Position numbers and translations under genes: made by a program
Part shown: positions 46,501 to 56,663 of the stretch, piece after piece
Layout of the letters: every line of letters begins with the position of its first letter
Numbering within the stretch: the first letter of the stretch is position 1
The notes under the pieces: model-generated
The model's input: the letters and a program-made list of their open reading frames with translations, nothing else
What the model was told of the DNA's origin: nothing
Databases searched by the model: none
Assembly (NCBI GenBank): GCA_002269645.1
Contig: NIVC01000267.1
Location: 62,001-126,000, forward strand
Source: Macrostomum lignano
Taxonomy: Eukaryota
Reading direction: 5' to 3'
Length of the DNA stretch: 64,000 bases

Positions 46501-49500
46501 GTTAGGAGTCAGTGGAATCTACAGGAACCAAGTGGAAGTCAGTGGAATCTAGAGGAACCGGGTGGAAGTCAGTGGAATCTACGGGAACCGGGTGAAGTCA
46601 GTGCAATCTACAAGAACCGGTTAGGAGTCAGTGGAATCTACAGAAACCGGGTGAAGTCAGTGGAATCTACAGGAACCGGGTGGAAGTCACTTGCCTGGAA
46701 GCGGAGCAGTGACGCGCTGTCCAGCCGAATATTGAAGGCAACGTTCAGCGCCGACTGATTGGTGAGGGTGAGCTGGTGCTCCACGTACTCGCCGGCGAGC
46801 ACGGCGCCCAGATCGAACTGGCCAGTCTCTGAGCAGGACACCTTCGGCAGGATACCGCAGCCCTGCAGGGTGACTCCCAGCTTTTGGCCGCCGCCAGTGT
46901 GCAGGAAAAACCGCTCGTGGAAGCTGCACTCTTTGTCCGGAGTGAAGCTGACCAGCACCGAGTGCGACTGCTGCGGCTCCAGCGGCCGCAGAGCGTTCAG
47001 AAGGGCAAAGGGGCCGTTGGGGTCCAGCAGGGAGCCGGTCAGGTTCAACTGGGAGGCGGAGATATTCTGCACCGTGAAGGATTTGACGGCCGTCTGGCCC
47101 AGCGAGACATTCTCGAAGTCCAGGGCGGACCGGCCGCTGTTCGAGATGATCGCCAGCTGCGGACTGACCACGGGACAGTTCACCTTCAGGTACAAGGTGT
47201 TCTCGGTCGAGTACTTCAGGGTGCCTGGCTCCGTGGGGCACCGGCCGGAGGCCACGAAGCACGGAACAGTGTATGTGTTGAAATCGCCGAGGAATTTGCG
47301 CATCAGCGAGGCCTGGCCGGCGTAGAACTGGTCCGAGTCCGGCGCGATCGACTCCGGCGGCGGCGCTTGGATCTCCGGGCCGCCGGTGCCGTCTGCGCCT
47401 CCAGCATCAGCGCCAGGGCCGCCAGCTCCGCGGCCTCCGCGACCGCCTGCAGCCGCACCGCCTCGGCCGCCGCCTCCCGCCTGCTTGGCTGGCGGCTGCT
47501 TGCCCTTGGCGCCCGGCTTGGATTTCTAAAGTTGTTAAAAAGTAACGCTTAGTTCACATCAATTCTTATTTAGTTTGCTACAAGGAAAATTCCAACTTCC
47601 AAAAATAGCCGGCGGAAGCCCATTTTCTAAAAATAGAAACACAACTCCCATCGGCTTTTTGGGGAACCCTGTTTCTAAAAATAGCACCTTACCCGGCCAA
47701 ATTCGTCTCTAAATGTACGCTTAATTAAGTGCACTGGAATTCCCATCTGGAGAGCTGATGAGTCAAGCTAAAAGCTATTAATAGAAGCCAATAAAAACAA
47801 GTTTCGAGACTCTTTTAATTTAATTACCGGTTCAGGCATTCTCTGTCTTCTGAAAATTTAGTGCTCAACGCAAGTTCATTCGTATTAAAAATATGCACAA
47901 CAGGTTAACTGAAATTGCACACCCGGTTACTCGTGAGCATGCATTAAAGGAAAATTTGGTGAATTAGGAGAGTGACTTTTAGAAGTATACAGTTGATTGT
48001 TCAGAACAGATAAAGAGCGAACTCAGAATACAATTAGCCACACATAAAAAACTTGTTAAGCATCAAATTCTCAGCTTCCCGAACAGCAGACTGGCTCAGC
48101 CAATTCAAATCTTACGTCGTCCTTCTTGGGCGACTTTGCAGCCCCCTTCTTTGAGCTGGTTGCCTGAAAGTAGAAGATGTACTTTAGTATCCGACCCGGT
48201 GAATGAAAAAATATAAATGACTGCCAGCAATGCCCTAAGTGAATCGAACGTGAAGCTTGATGTCAATACAAGAGTGAATGACAAAGGAACATAAAAGCAT
48301 TTTAATTCAATAATTACTGTAAATTCATCGCACGAGTCCTGTAAGTATAAGAATTACAAAGATGGAAAATAATATTTTTTTTAAATATACGATAATCTTT
48401 TATTAGTAGTAAAACACAAAATTCACACCTGCGCCTTCTCCGCCTCCTCTTGTTGGCGCCGCTGTTCGGCGCGCTGGCGCTCACGCTCGGCACGCGCCTC
48501 GGCCTCCATGCGCAGGCCAGCCAGACAGCTGGCCTCCTGCTGCACCTGGCGCACCGTGAACTTCGGCTTCAGGCGCAGGTGGATTCGCGCCCGCTCGCCC
48601 GGCATGACGGTGCCGACGCAGGGCGCCAGCTGGAACGGCGCGTCGTCCGGCACGACAAACTCGAATGAGGTCGGGCCGACCGGCGCGATGGGCCCTTGCC
48701 GATGCGGGGCACCGGGTGGGAGTACTCGTTCATGCTGGTGTGCTCGTTCACCACGTAGATCATGGCGTCGTTGAAGTCCTGCAGGGCGGTGGCCTTGAAG
48801 TTCACCACCTGCTCGGAGAGTCGCAACGGCGGATGGACGCCGACCCCGGTGCAGGGGATGGAAAACTTGCGGTCGATGAGGGTGCGGCAGGTGAGCGTGA
48901 AGGCGAAGTCGGCCGCCCGGTCGGGGCTGAACACAACCTCCAGGCTGATGGTCTCCTTCGGCAGGATGACGCCGAATCCGTCGTTTGGTTGCACTTCGGC
49001 GTACTGCAACGTGGATGGGTGTTAAGTGCGGCAATTCCTGAGTTGATCTGATTGGCTGCTATTAATAGCTCGGAGAATCCCTAACTAGGAAGGCTCACAT
49101 CGGGCAGTCCAACGAAGCCAAACTTCTGCGGCAGCAGGCTGTTGTTGGTCAGCCGGATGGTGCGCACTGCCGACTCGTAGATGGTGCAGCAGCCGAAGTC
49201 CAGCCCATCGACGTCGAATTCTAAATCGGATCCCGTTACCACGGCAACGGCGGTGAATTCTATTGGCCGTGTCTGCTCGGCCACCCTGATGGTCAGCGGC
49301 ACCTCCAGGACGCCGGTGGCCGGATCGAAAAACTCTCCGGCCGCATCGTCGGCTAGGGAGGCGCGCGGCAGGAACTTCAGCTGGGCGGAGAAGCTGCTGC
49401 GGGCCTGCACGTAACCGGTCTTGGGCAGCAGCTCCATGTGGCCTTGCAGCTTCGGCGGTACCTGAGAGAGGCGAGTTTGTGAGTGCCAGAGTGCCAGATA

Positions 49501-50572
49501 TGAAAAATTCTCTCGTCGGTAGCATCGACGAAATTGATTTCTTTTTACTCTTCAGATTTTCTCAGCGCAATCGCTACGCTCCTTCGTCCTATATTTGTCG
49601 TATCGCATTGAGTATGCTCTACTGTACTAGAGAACGCATAGCGCTGAATGGGGTTTTTCCCATAGACAAATTCAGTCAAGAAAACCCTGCATGGGTTTAG
49701 GCCATAGACTGTGCTGCTCTCAAGCAATAGCAGCAGCTAGTGTCTGTGGCCCTAACCCCGGGATTTACACCTGCCCTAATGTGCTACTGCGCGCCGCATC
49801 TGAAGGCTGCGTACGGCTGTTCAGTCTGGGGGGGGGGTCGCCACACACCCTCAATTACCCCAGCTAATGCTGGCACCCATTTTACAGCTGGGTAAACTAA
49901 AGCAATGCAGAGTTAAGTGTCTTGCTCAACAGTACACAATTTGTTTCGAGTGGGTTGAGAATCGAACCCCCGACCTTACAGTCGTGAGTCCGACGCTCTA
50001 ACCACTAGGCCTGGAAGTGCAGACCTGGAAGTGCAGCTTCAGCGCGGTGCTGGCCCGGTTGCGCACCACCACGGTGTCCTGGTACAGCCGGTCCTGGGTG
50101 CACACCCGCAGGTCCACCGTGCTCCTCTCCAGCCACACCGGCACGTCCACCGCCACCCCGACGGCTTCGAAGCTCAAGCTGGCCGAGGCGGGGTCGTCGA
50201 AGTCGACGCGGAACTCGGCGCGATTGCCGCCAGGTAGGCTGGGCAGCCACACCAGCTCCAGCTTGACCTCCGAGAACGGCGCCAGCCAGCCGCCGGAGGT
50301 GCGCCCGACAGACATGCCGTCGGTGAGTCGCGCCGGCAGCTCCTCCTGCGGTTGTCGCTGCTCGCCTGAGTCAGCCTGGCCGACCTGCTCGATCAGCGAG
50401 TCTCCAGCCGCCGCGGCGGCCACCTCGGCGGCTGCTCCAGGAGCCGCTGGGGAGGCCGCGGGAGCTGCCGGTGCTGAAACTGCCGAATCCGCCGCCGGCT
50501 CCTCCGCGGCTTTTTCATCCTCAGTCTGGGGGGTGAAAATCAATCAATCAATCAATATATCAACCAACCAAC

Positions 50573-50606
<34 letters not shown>

Positions 50607-53600
50607 GTCAATCGATCAAACAATCCATCCAGCTCCATCGCCAAGCCCTGACTCACCGGAGCTGTGGTGGAATACTCTGTCCTCTCTCGCACTCTGAACG
50701 GGTCCAGTTTGGTCAGGGCGAAGTTGCAGCCTTTGGCACCGGCGTTGCGCAGGGTCAAAGTCTGATGAAGCGTCTCGCCAATCACGCTGACGCCAAAGTC
50801 AACCTTGGCTTTGTCGATTGATAGCTGAGGAGCGGGAAGTGCAACATGGGAAGTGCTGACATGCAGTTCACAGTGTGGTTGTTTGGAATAAAGTGTCTTA
50901 GGATTGAGATGGGTGCTAGCACTGGCTGTGTGATAGTTTAGAGGCGGCTTTTAAGGTTGAGGTGAAGGCTAGGAGTAGGGTGAGTTCTAGGAGTGAGGTG
51001 GGTGCTAGGAGTGAGGTGGATGCTAGTAGTGAGGTGGGTGCTAGGAGTGGGGTGGATGCTAGGATAGGAGTGAGGTGGGTGCTAGGAGTGGGGTGGATGC
51101 TAGGATAGGAGTGAGGTCGGTGCTAGGAGTGGGGTGGGTGCTAGGAGTGGGGTGGATGCTAGGATAGGAGTGAGGTGGGTGTTAGGAGTGGGGTGGCTGC
51201 TATGATAGGAGTGAGGTCGGTGCTAGGAGTGGGGTGGGTGCTAGGAGTGGGGTGAATGCTAGGATAGGAGTGAGGTGGGTGCTAGGATTGGGGTGGGTGC
51301 TAGGAGTGAGGCGGGTGCTAAAAGTGGGGTGGGTTCTAGGAGTGGGGTGCTTGGGGTGAGCTTAGCTGTGATTGGCTGAGGGCAATAATAGAAAATCGCA
51401 TTCACTCACATCGCACTTTTTCGTAGTGCACAAAATCGGCACAGAGAACTGGCCAGTCTGGCACAGGAAGGTGATTTCGCCGCTAAGATCTTCGTTAATC
51501 CGAGGTGTGAAGCTGAGCACCAGCTGGCAGGACATTCCGGCGGAGAGGTGGCCGGGCGGGTTAAATTGGATCTGGATGAAGTTGTTCAGATAGTCCGTCA
51601 TGCCAACCAGCTTGCAGGAGTTCACGCTGTAGGATGCATTTGTCAGCGTGACCTTCTGCTTGTAGGTCTGATCCACTTCGAAGTCCTTGAAGTGCACCAC
51701 CTCCGGCTTGCTGAAGAAGGCGGCGTCGCCTTTGAATTCGCGACCGGCGGCCACCTGCTTGGTGACAATATTGGCTCTGGTCTGGTCCAGAACTCGGCGC
51801 ATGATTTCCTGGAATTTTGGGGAGGGCAGATTCTCATAGACAGTCTTGTGTGAGGGGCAGATTCTCATAGACAGTCTCGTGTGAGGGGCAGATTCTCATA
51901 GACAGTCTTGTGTGAGGGGCAGATTCTCATAGACAGTCTTGTGTGAGGGGCAGATTCTCATAGACAGTCTTGTGTGAGGGGCAGATTCTCATGGACAGTC
52001 TGTTGTGAGGGGCAGATTCTCAGAGACAGTCTGCTATGAGGGACGAATTCATCTACCAACCTGCTCCATGTAGGAGGCCTTCCCATTGCGGATGTAGTCC
52101 ACCTTGTCGGTGCGCGGGATGCTGTAGGCCTTGAAGGTGTCCCACATGCCGGCGAACTGCGGCTTCGCCAACGACTCAGCGCCCGACGCCGCCTCCGCCG
52201 CGGCCGCCGCCAGCGACGCCCGCAAAGTCGCCGTCGTGGCATCCGCTGGCTCGTCATCGTCGTCGTCGGCGGCGGCAGTGAAGCGCCGCGTCGCGCCCGG
52301 CGCCGTCTCCTCGTCGGACGAGTCAACGGGCGCCTCACGACGCGCCGAATTCGTCAGCTCGGCGCCGGCGCTGAAGGCCCGCCCACCGGAGTCGGCTGCG
52401 TCCAGCGCTGCCTCGATGTCGCGCGTCATCCGCAGCTTCCGACTGCGCCGAAACGGCGCCGCTGACGACGACGTCGTTGTGGACAGGCCGCGCGTGTCCT
52501 TGGCGTACAGGTAGGGCAGCCGCTCGCGCTTCTTCTTCTCCCAGTCCTCCTCAATCAGCAGGCGCGCCGCGATGTCCGCCTGCTTCTTCCGCTGTTCGTT
52601 GCGCCAAATATCGGAATCGGCGCGGGCCTCGGCTGCGCGGCGCTCCCGACGCAGCGCCAGACCGGCGTCGCCGCCTGCGGCGATCGTCTCGGTGCGTAGT
52701 TCGCGCGCCTCAACGTCGGCGCGGCGCTGCTCGGCGCGAGCCCGGTTGCCAAGCGCCGTGAGGTTCTCCCGATTGCCGGCGATGCCCTCCTTCAGGCGCA
52801 GCACTGAGCGAACCTTCTTCTCGAAATCCTCCCTGTAGCGCTCCTCCTCGGCGTCGCGGGCCTGCCGGATGCTGCGCATGGTCTCCAGCAGGCGGGCATT
52901 GTGCAGATCGTGCGCCGCCTTCACCCGGCGCCGGTTGTCCGACTCCTGCAGGTCCATGCGCTCGCGCCACTGGCGCAGTTCCCTGCGCGCGGTAGTTGAA
53001 TAATATTGCAGATCCCCAGGATAGATGTCAGTGTCTATAGATTGGGCCTTGGGGTGTGGGGAGACCTGAACTAGATCCTAATCTGGATTTATAGGGCCGG
53101 GTTGGAGTGGCCTGGATTTATAGGGCCGGGTTGGAGTGGCCTGGATTTATAGGACCGGGTTGGAGTGGCCTGGATTTATAGGGTCGGGTTGGAGTGGCCT
53201 GGATTTATAGGGCCGGGTGGAGTGGCCTGGATTTATAGGGCCGGGTGGAGTGGCCTGGATTTATAGGGCCGGGTGGAGTGGCCTGGATTTATAGGGCCGG
53301 GTGGAGTGGCCTGGATTTCTAGAGCCAGAAGGGGCGATGGGCTGTCCTGGATTTTGGGACGTGTTTCCCCTAACAATTTGAGCAAGCCAGCATCCACCAT
53401 CCGCTCACTCTTCCTTCCGTTGGAAGAAGCCCTCGGTGGCGTCGGCAAATTTCCTCTCCTTCAGCTGCCGTAGGGCCGCCACCTCGGCTTTGAACTCGTC
53501 GTAGAGCTGCTCCTTCTGCCGCAGCTCGTGGTCGGTTAGCAACTGCTTGCCCTGCTCGATTCGGGCGAGGGTCAGCTCGTACCTGAGTGAGGGGGTTGTC

Positions 53601-55748
53601 GGCTTTGAGTTCAATGTGGTATAGTAGAACGCTGAACTGCTGGACCGGACACTTCGCTTTTGAAACTGCCACTGCAATCCCGAAACTGCCATCACTATCC
53701 CGAAACTGACATCAAATTCACGAAACTGCCATCACTATCCCGAAACTGCTATCAAAATCCCGAAGCTACCATCACAATCCTAAAACTACCACCGCAATCT
53801 CAGAACTGCCATCACAATCCCGAAACTGCCACCACAATCCCGAAACTGCCATCACAATCCCAAAACTGCCATCACAATCCCGAAACTGCCATCACAATCC
53901 CGAAACTGCCATCACAATCCCAAAACTGCCATCACAATCCCGAAACTGCCATCACAATCCTGAAACTGATATCAAATTCACGAAACTGCCATCCCAATCC
54001 CGAAACTGCCATCACAATACCGAAACTGCCATCACAATCCCGAAACTGCCATCACAATACCGAAACTGCCATCACAATCCTGAAACTGATATCAAATTCA
54101 CGAAACTGCCATCCCAATCCCGAAACTGCCATCACAATACCGAAACTGCCATCACAATCCCGAAACTGCCATCACAATCCCGAAACTGCCATCACAACCC
54201 CGAAACTCACTCGGCCTCCAGCAGGCTCCGGTAGATGTGGCTGGCCAGCAGCTCCTCGCCCGACTTCTCCTGTCCGATTCGCTCCAGCTGGGCGCGCAGA
54301 CGAAACGCCGCAGCCGAATTGGCCGCCGCCTCCTGCTGCACGATCTGGCCGGAGACGTCGACCGCCTCGCGGTCCAACTCCTCCACTCGCTTCCTGCAGC
54401 GGTTGTTCTCCTCCCTGTTTGGGTGGCGGTGGGCTGCCGGTTTTTGGTTTGAAGACATTTGGGAGACCAGAGGGGGCTGACATTGGGGAGAATAGCATTC
54501 GACACTGGGGGGACAGCGTCTGAGCATTCTGGGCTGGCAGAAGGTAAGAACAAAGACTCACCTGTACTTGTCCACCTCGTACTGTCTCTCCTTCACCTTA
54601 TCGTCCAGTCGCTTTAGGAAGGCTCGAGTGTGAATCATCTCGGCGCGCTCGCGCTGGGTGAACTTCTTCACCGGTTTTGGCGCGCCCTCGTCCGCCTGCT
54701 CCGAGTTGCCGCAGATTGAACTGTGAAGTTGAAAAGGGTGCGAACAGATGAAAAAGGAGAGACTTCGATTTTTATTATTATATCTCATCTCTTATACTTC
54801 CTCATCTACATCATTGGCGTCTTGTCGGAAAAGAAAATAAAAAATGACCAAAATTTATTATTTGAAATAGTATCATTTGATTTTAATTTCCTTTAAAGTC
54901 AAAATCAATCTAAGATTCTGCCCTAATTTTCTTTTCTTGTAACAAGTGTTAATAAAAAATTAGAGATAATTAACAAATAATACTTTAACGCCCTATTAGT
55001 TCGTTTAACTCAATCAAACCTGTTGGTATTATAAATTGAAATAGTGATGTTTTACATGGAACAAAAAACAAAGAGCCAATTGTAAGCAAAATGCATCGAT
55101 TTTTTTAGCAGAATTATAATAAAACATAAAAAGCTAAAAAAAGCCTTATTGGGATGTAATGTTGCTTATCTCTTTGTCAATATTTATGAACAAAAAACTT
55201 TTCACAAAACGAAAATACATCTATAGTTGCTTTCTAAAAATAGATCGTAAGAAGTAAGTAAATCTGGTCAGGACAGATCCAGGCCCTCAAAAAGTCATAC
55301 TTTGGCATATTATGAACAATGATGGCATATTTTTCTGGGTTCTATAATAAGGGGGCAAATGCATTGATGCAATTTTGTGTTTTTACTACCCATTCTTGTT
55401 TAAAATACGATAGTCGTAGAACAGATATCTTCATTTCTAAAGATGGAAACTATAACGACCCTTCTTGATGCAATGCTATATAAAAATCTTGAATACTTAG
55501 TGATTTAAATAAAAGTAAATGACTTACTTAAGCTCATCGATTTGTTCCTGTGTTAGTCCTTCACCATTCATTTGACCATGACCATCGTAGAATTCAACCT
55601 CGTCAAAATTTTCTTCGGGCTGGTCACCGAAAAGGAACTGCTGTTCTCCCTCTTCATACTCATCATAATCTCCATTGGCAAGATCATCGTGCGATTCATA
55701 GTTATTCAATGCGTCAGATGAGTTAAGAAGATCTTTAGCTGAATCCAT
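43584..55748 (-). CDS. CFAP74: Cilia- and flagella-associated protein 74 (axonemal central-pair, ASH/PapD-like domains), about 1776 aa if the frameshift is corrected
   Basis: 16 exons: 55748-55528, 54720-54562, 54414-54211, 53582-53409, 52982-52061, 51808-51410, 50824-50657, 50525-50025, 49461-49099, 49003-48429, 48163-48116, 47525-46695, 46063-45730, 44380-44250, 44009-43875 and 43748-43584. Phases all match except exon 10, which is 1 nt short. The signature FSKPEVVHFKDFEVDQTYKQKVTLTNASYSVNSCKLVG..FNPPGHLSAGMSC..QTGQFSVPILCTTKKC matches CFAP74. Confidence 0.93.
44658..45700. repeat. 24-bp minisatellite in a CFAP74 intron, about 43 copies
   Basis: Unit AGAGTCACCCACACAGACAACCAA. Confidence 0.98.
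46076..46694. repeat. 30-bp minisatellite filling the GC-AG intron of CFAP74
   Basis: Unit GTCAGTGGAATCTACAAGAACCAGGTGGAA. Confidence 0.96.
49560..50011 (-). mobile_element. tRNA-derived SINE with a CORE/Meta-like central domain, intronic
   Basis: On the minus strand: box A TAGTGGTTAGAGCG and box B GGTTCGATTC, followed by TTGAGCAAGACACTTAACTCTGCATTGCTTTAGTTTACCCAGCTGTAAAATGGG. This closely resembles the MIR CORE sequence TTGGGCAAGTCACTTAACCTCTCTG..TCAGTTTCCTCATCTGTAAAATGGG. The 3' boundary is approximate. Confidence 0.8.
50545..50630. repeat. (TCAA/CCAA)n microsatellite
   Basis: Direct inspection. Confidence 0.9.
50980..51355. repeat. G-rich 18/25-bp tandem repeat (intronic)
   Basis: GCTAGGAGTG(G/A)GGTGG(G/A)T units. 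Confidence 0.9.
51826..52042. repeat. 31-bp minisatellite (intronic), about 7 copies
   Basis: GAGGGGCAGATTCTCATAGACAGTCTTGTGT. Confidence 0.93.
53080..53320. repeat. 28/29-bp minisatellite (intronic)
   Basis: GGAGTGGCCTGGATTTATAGGGCCGGGT(T). Confidence 0.93.
53664..54204. repeat. 20-bp minisatellite starting at a splice donor
   Basis: CGAAACTGCCATCACAATCC, about 27 copies. Confidence 0.95.
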
Positions 55749-55883
55749 TGCTGATAGCTAGGAATCAGCTCAATTTCCACCACGTTTCGACCAAGCAAAA
55801 ATTGAATAAAAAATCATAAAAAATCGAAATTAAACAGTATGGACGCGTAGCTTAGGGTAGAAACAGTAAAACAAAAATTACTT

Positions 55884-55897
55884 GTCTCTATAAAGAT
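55884..55897 (-). promoter_or_regulatory. Candidate RFX X-box upstream of CFAP74
   Basis: Minus-strand ATCTTTATAGAGAC fits RTHNYY-WT-RRNRAC and lies 136 nt upstream of the predicted ATG. Confidence 0.45.
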
Positions 55898-56593
55898 ATA
55901 TCCGAAAATAAATACTGTTTGCGTGGGAAGATACGTTTTTACTATTTATTTGCAAAATCGTTCACTATCTAATTTTAAAACTTAAAGCATCGAAGCATGT
56001 TTAGCGTCGTTGCATTTTTAAATTAGTCTTTTGCCAAAATAAAAATCTATATATGTATAGCATAAGATTAGTGTTAAAAATTGTTTGTGTTTGTATGTTG
56101 ATCGATATTACTGCTTGTAATTGTGATAGAATCGCTGCAGCGCCTACTAAAACTTTCTGAATTACGATCGTAGTATTACCCAAGTCAATTGGTCCATGCT
56201 TTAGTTTTGTCTTAGTCTCATGGCTAAACTAAATTATTTATTTGTGTAGTGTACTACTTTATAATATGACATTTTTGAAAAGGAACATTGTATAAAAATA
56301 TTATGAAAATGTAAGCTTATTTATTTTATCAAAAACATACCGTCTCATCAAAGAGAATAAACTTAATTTTGTCAAAATTGTCACACTCTACCTTTTACTT
56401 GCAATTACCATCCTATAATCCATAAAACAAAAGTGTCGCGTCTGTGTCGATATTAAACTTAAGTATAATAACAGTTATATTAAATTTAAAAGGTTCTGAT
56501 TGCTTGCTATCCAGACTGATTTAAAAATAATCGTAAACTTTTGAAGCTGTAGTCAGTAGAACCATTTGAAATCAAATTTATATACTTTCATGT

Positions 56594-56608
56594 GTCGCTT
56601 TTAGTAAC
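56594..56608 (+). promoter_or_regulatory. Candidate RFX X-box upstream of the FHAD1-like gene
   Basis: GTCGCT-TTT-AGTAAC fits GTNRCY-N0-3-RGYAAC and ends 55 nt before the ATG. Confidence 0.45.
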
Positions 56609-56663
56609 ACGAGTATAAAAGAAAAGCTTTAAAATGCAATAACTTTCATGCAGTCGACTGTTG

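Noticed and set aside
49940-50011. tRNA gene
   Set aside because: Box A and box B are present, but the anticodon stem does not pair, the acceptor stem is missing, and a SINE core follows.
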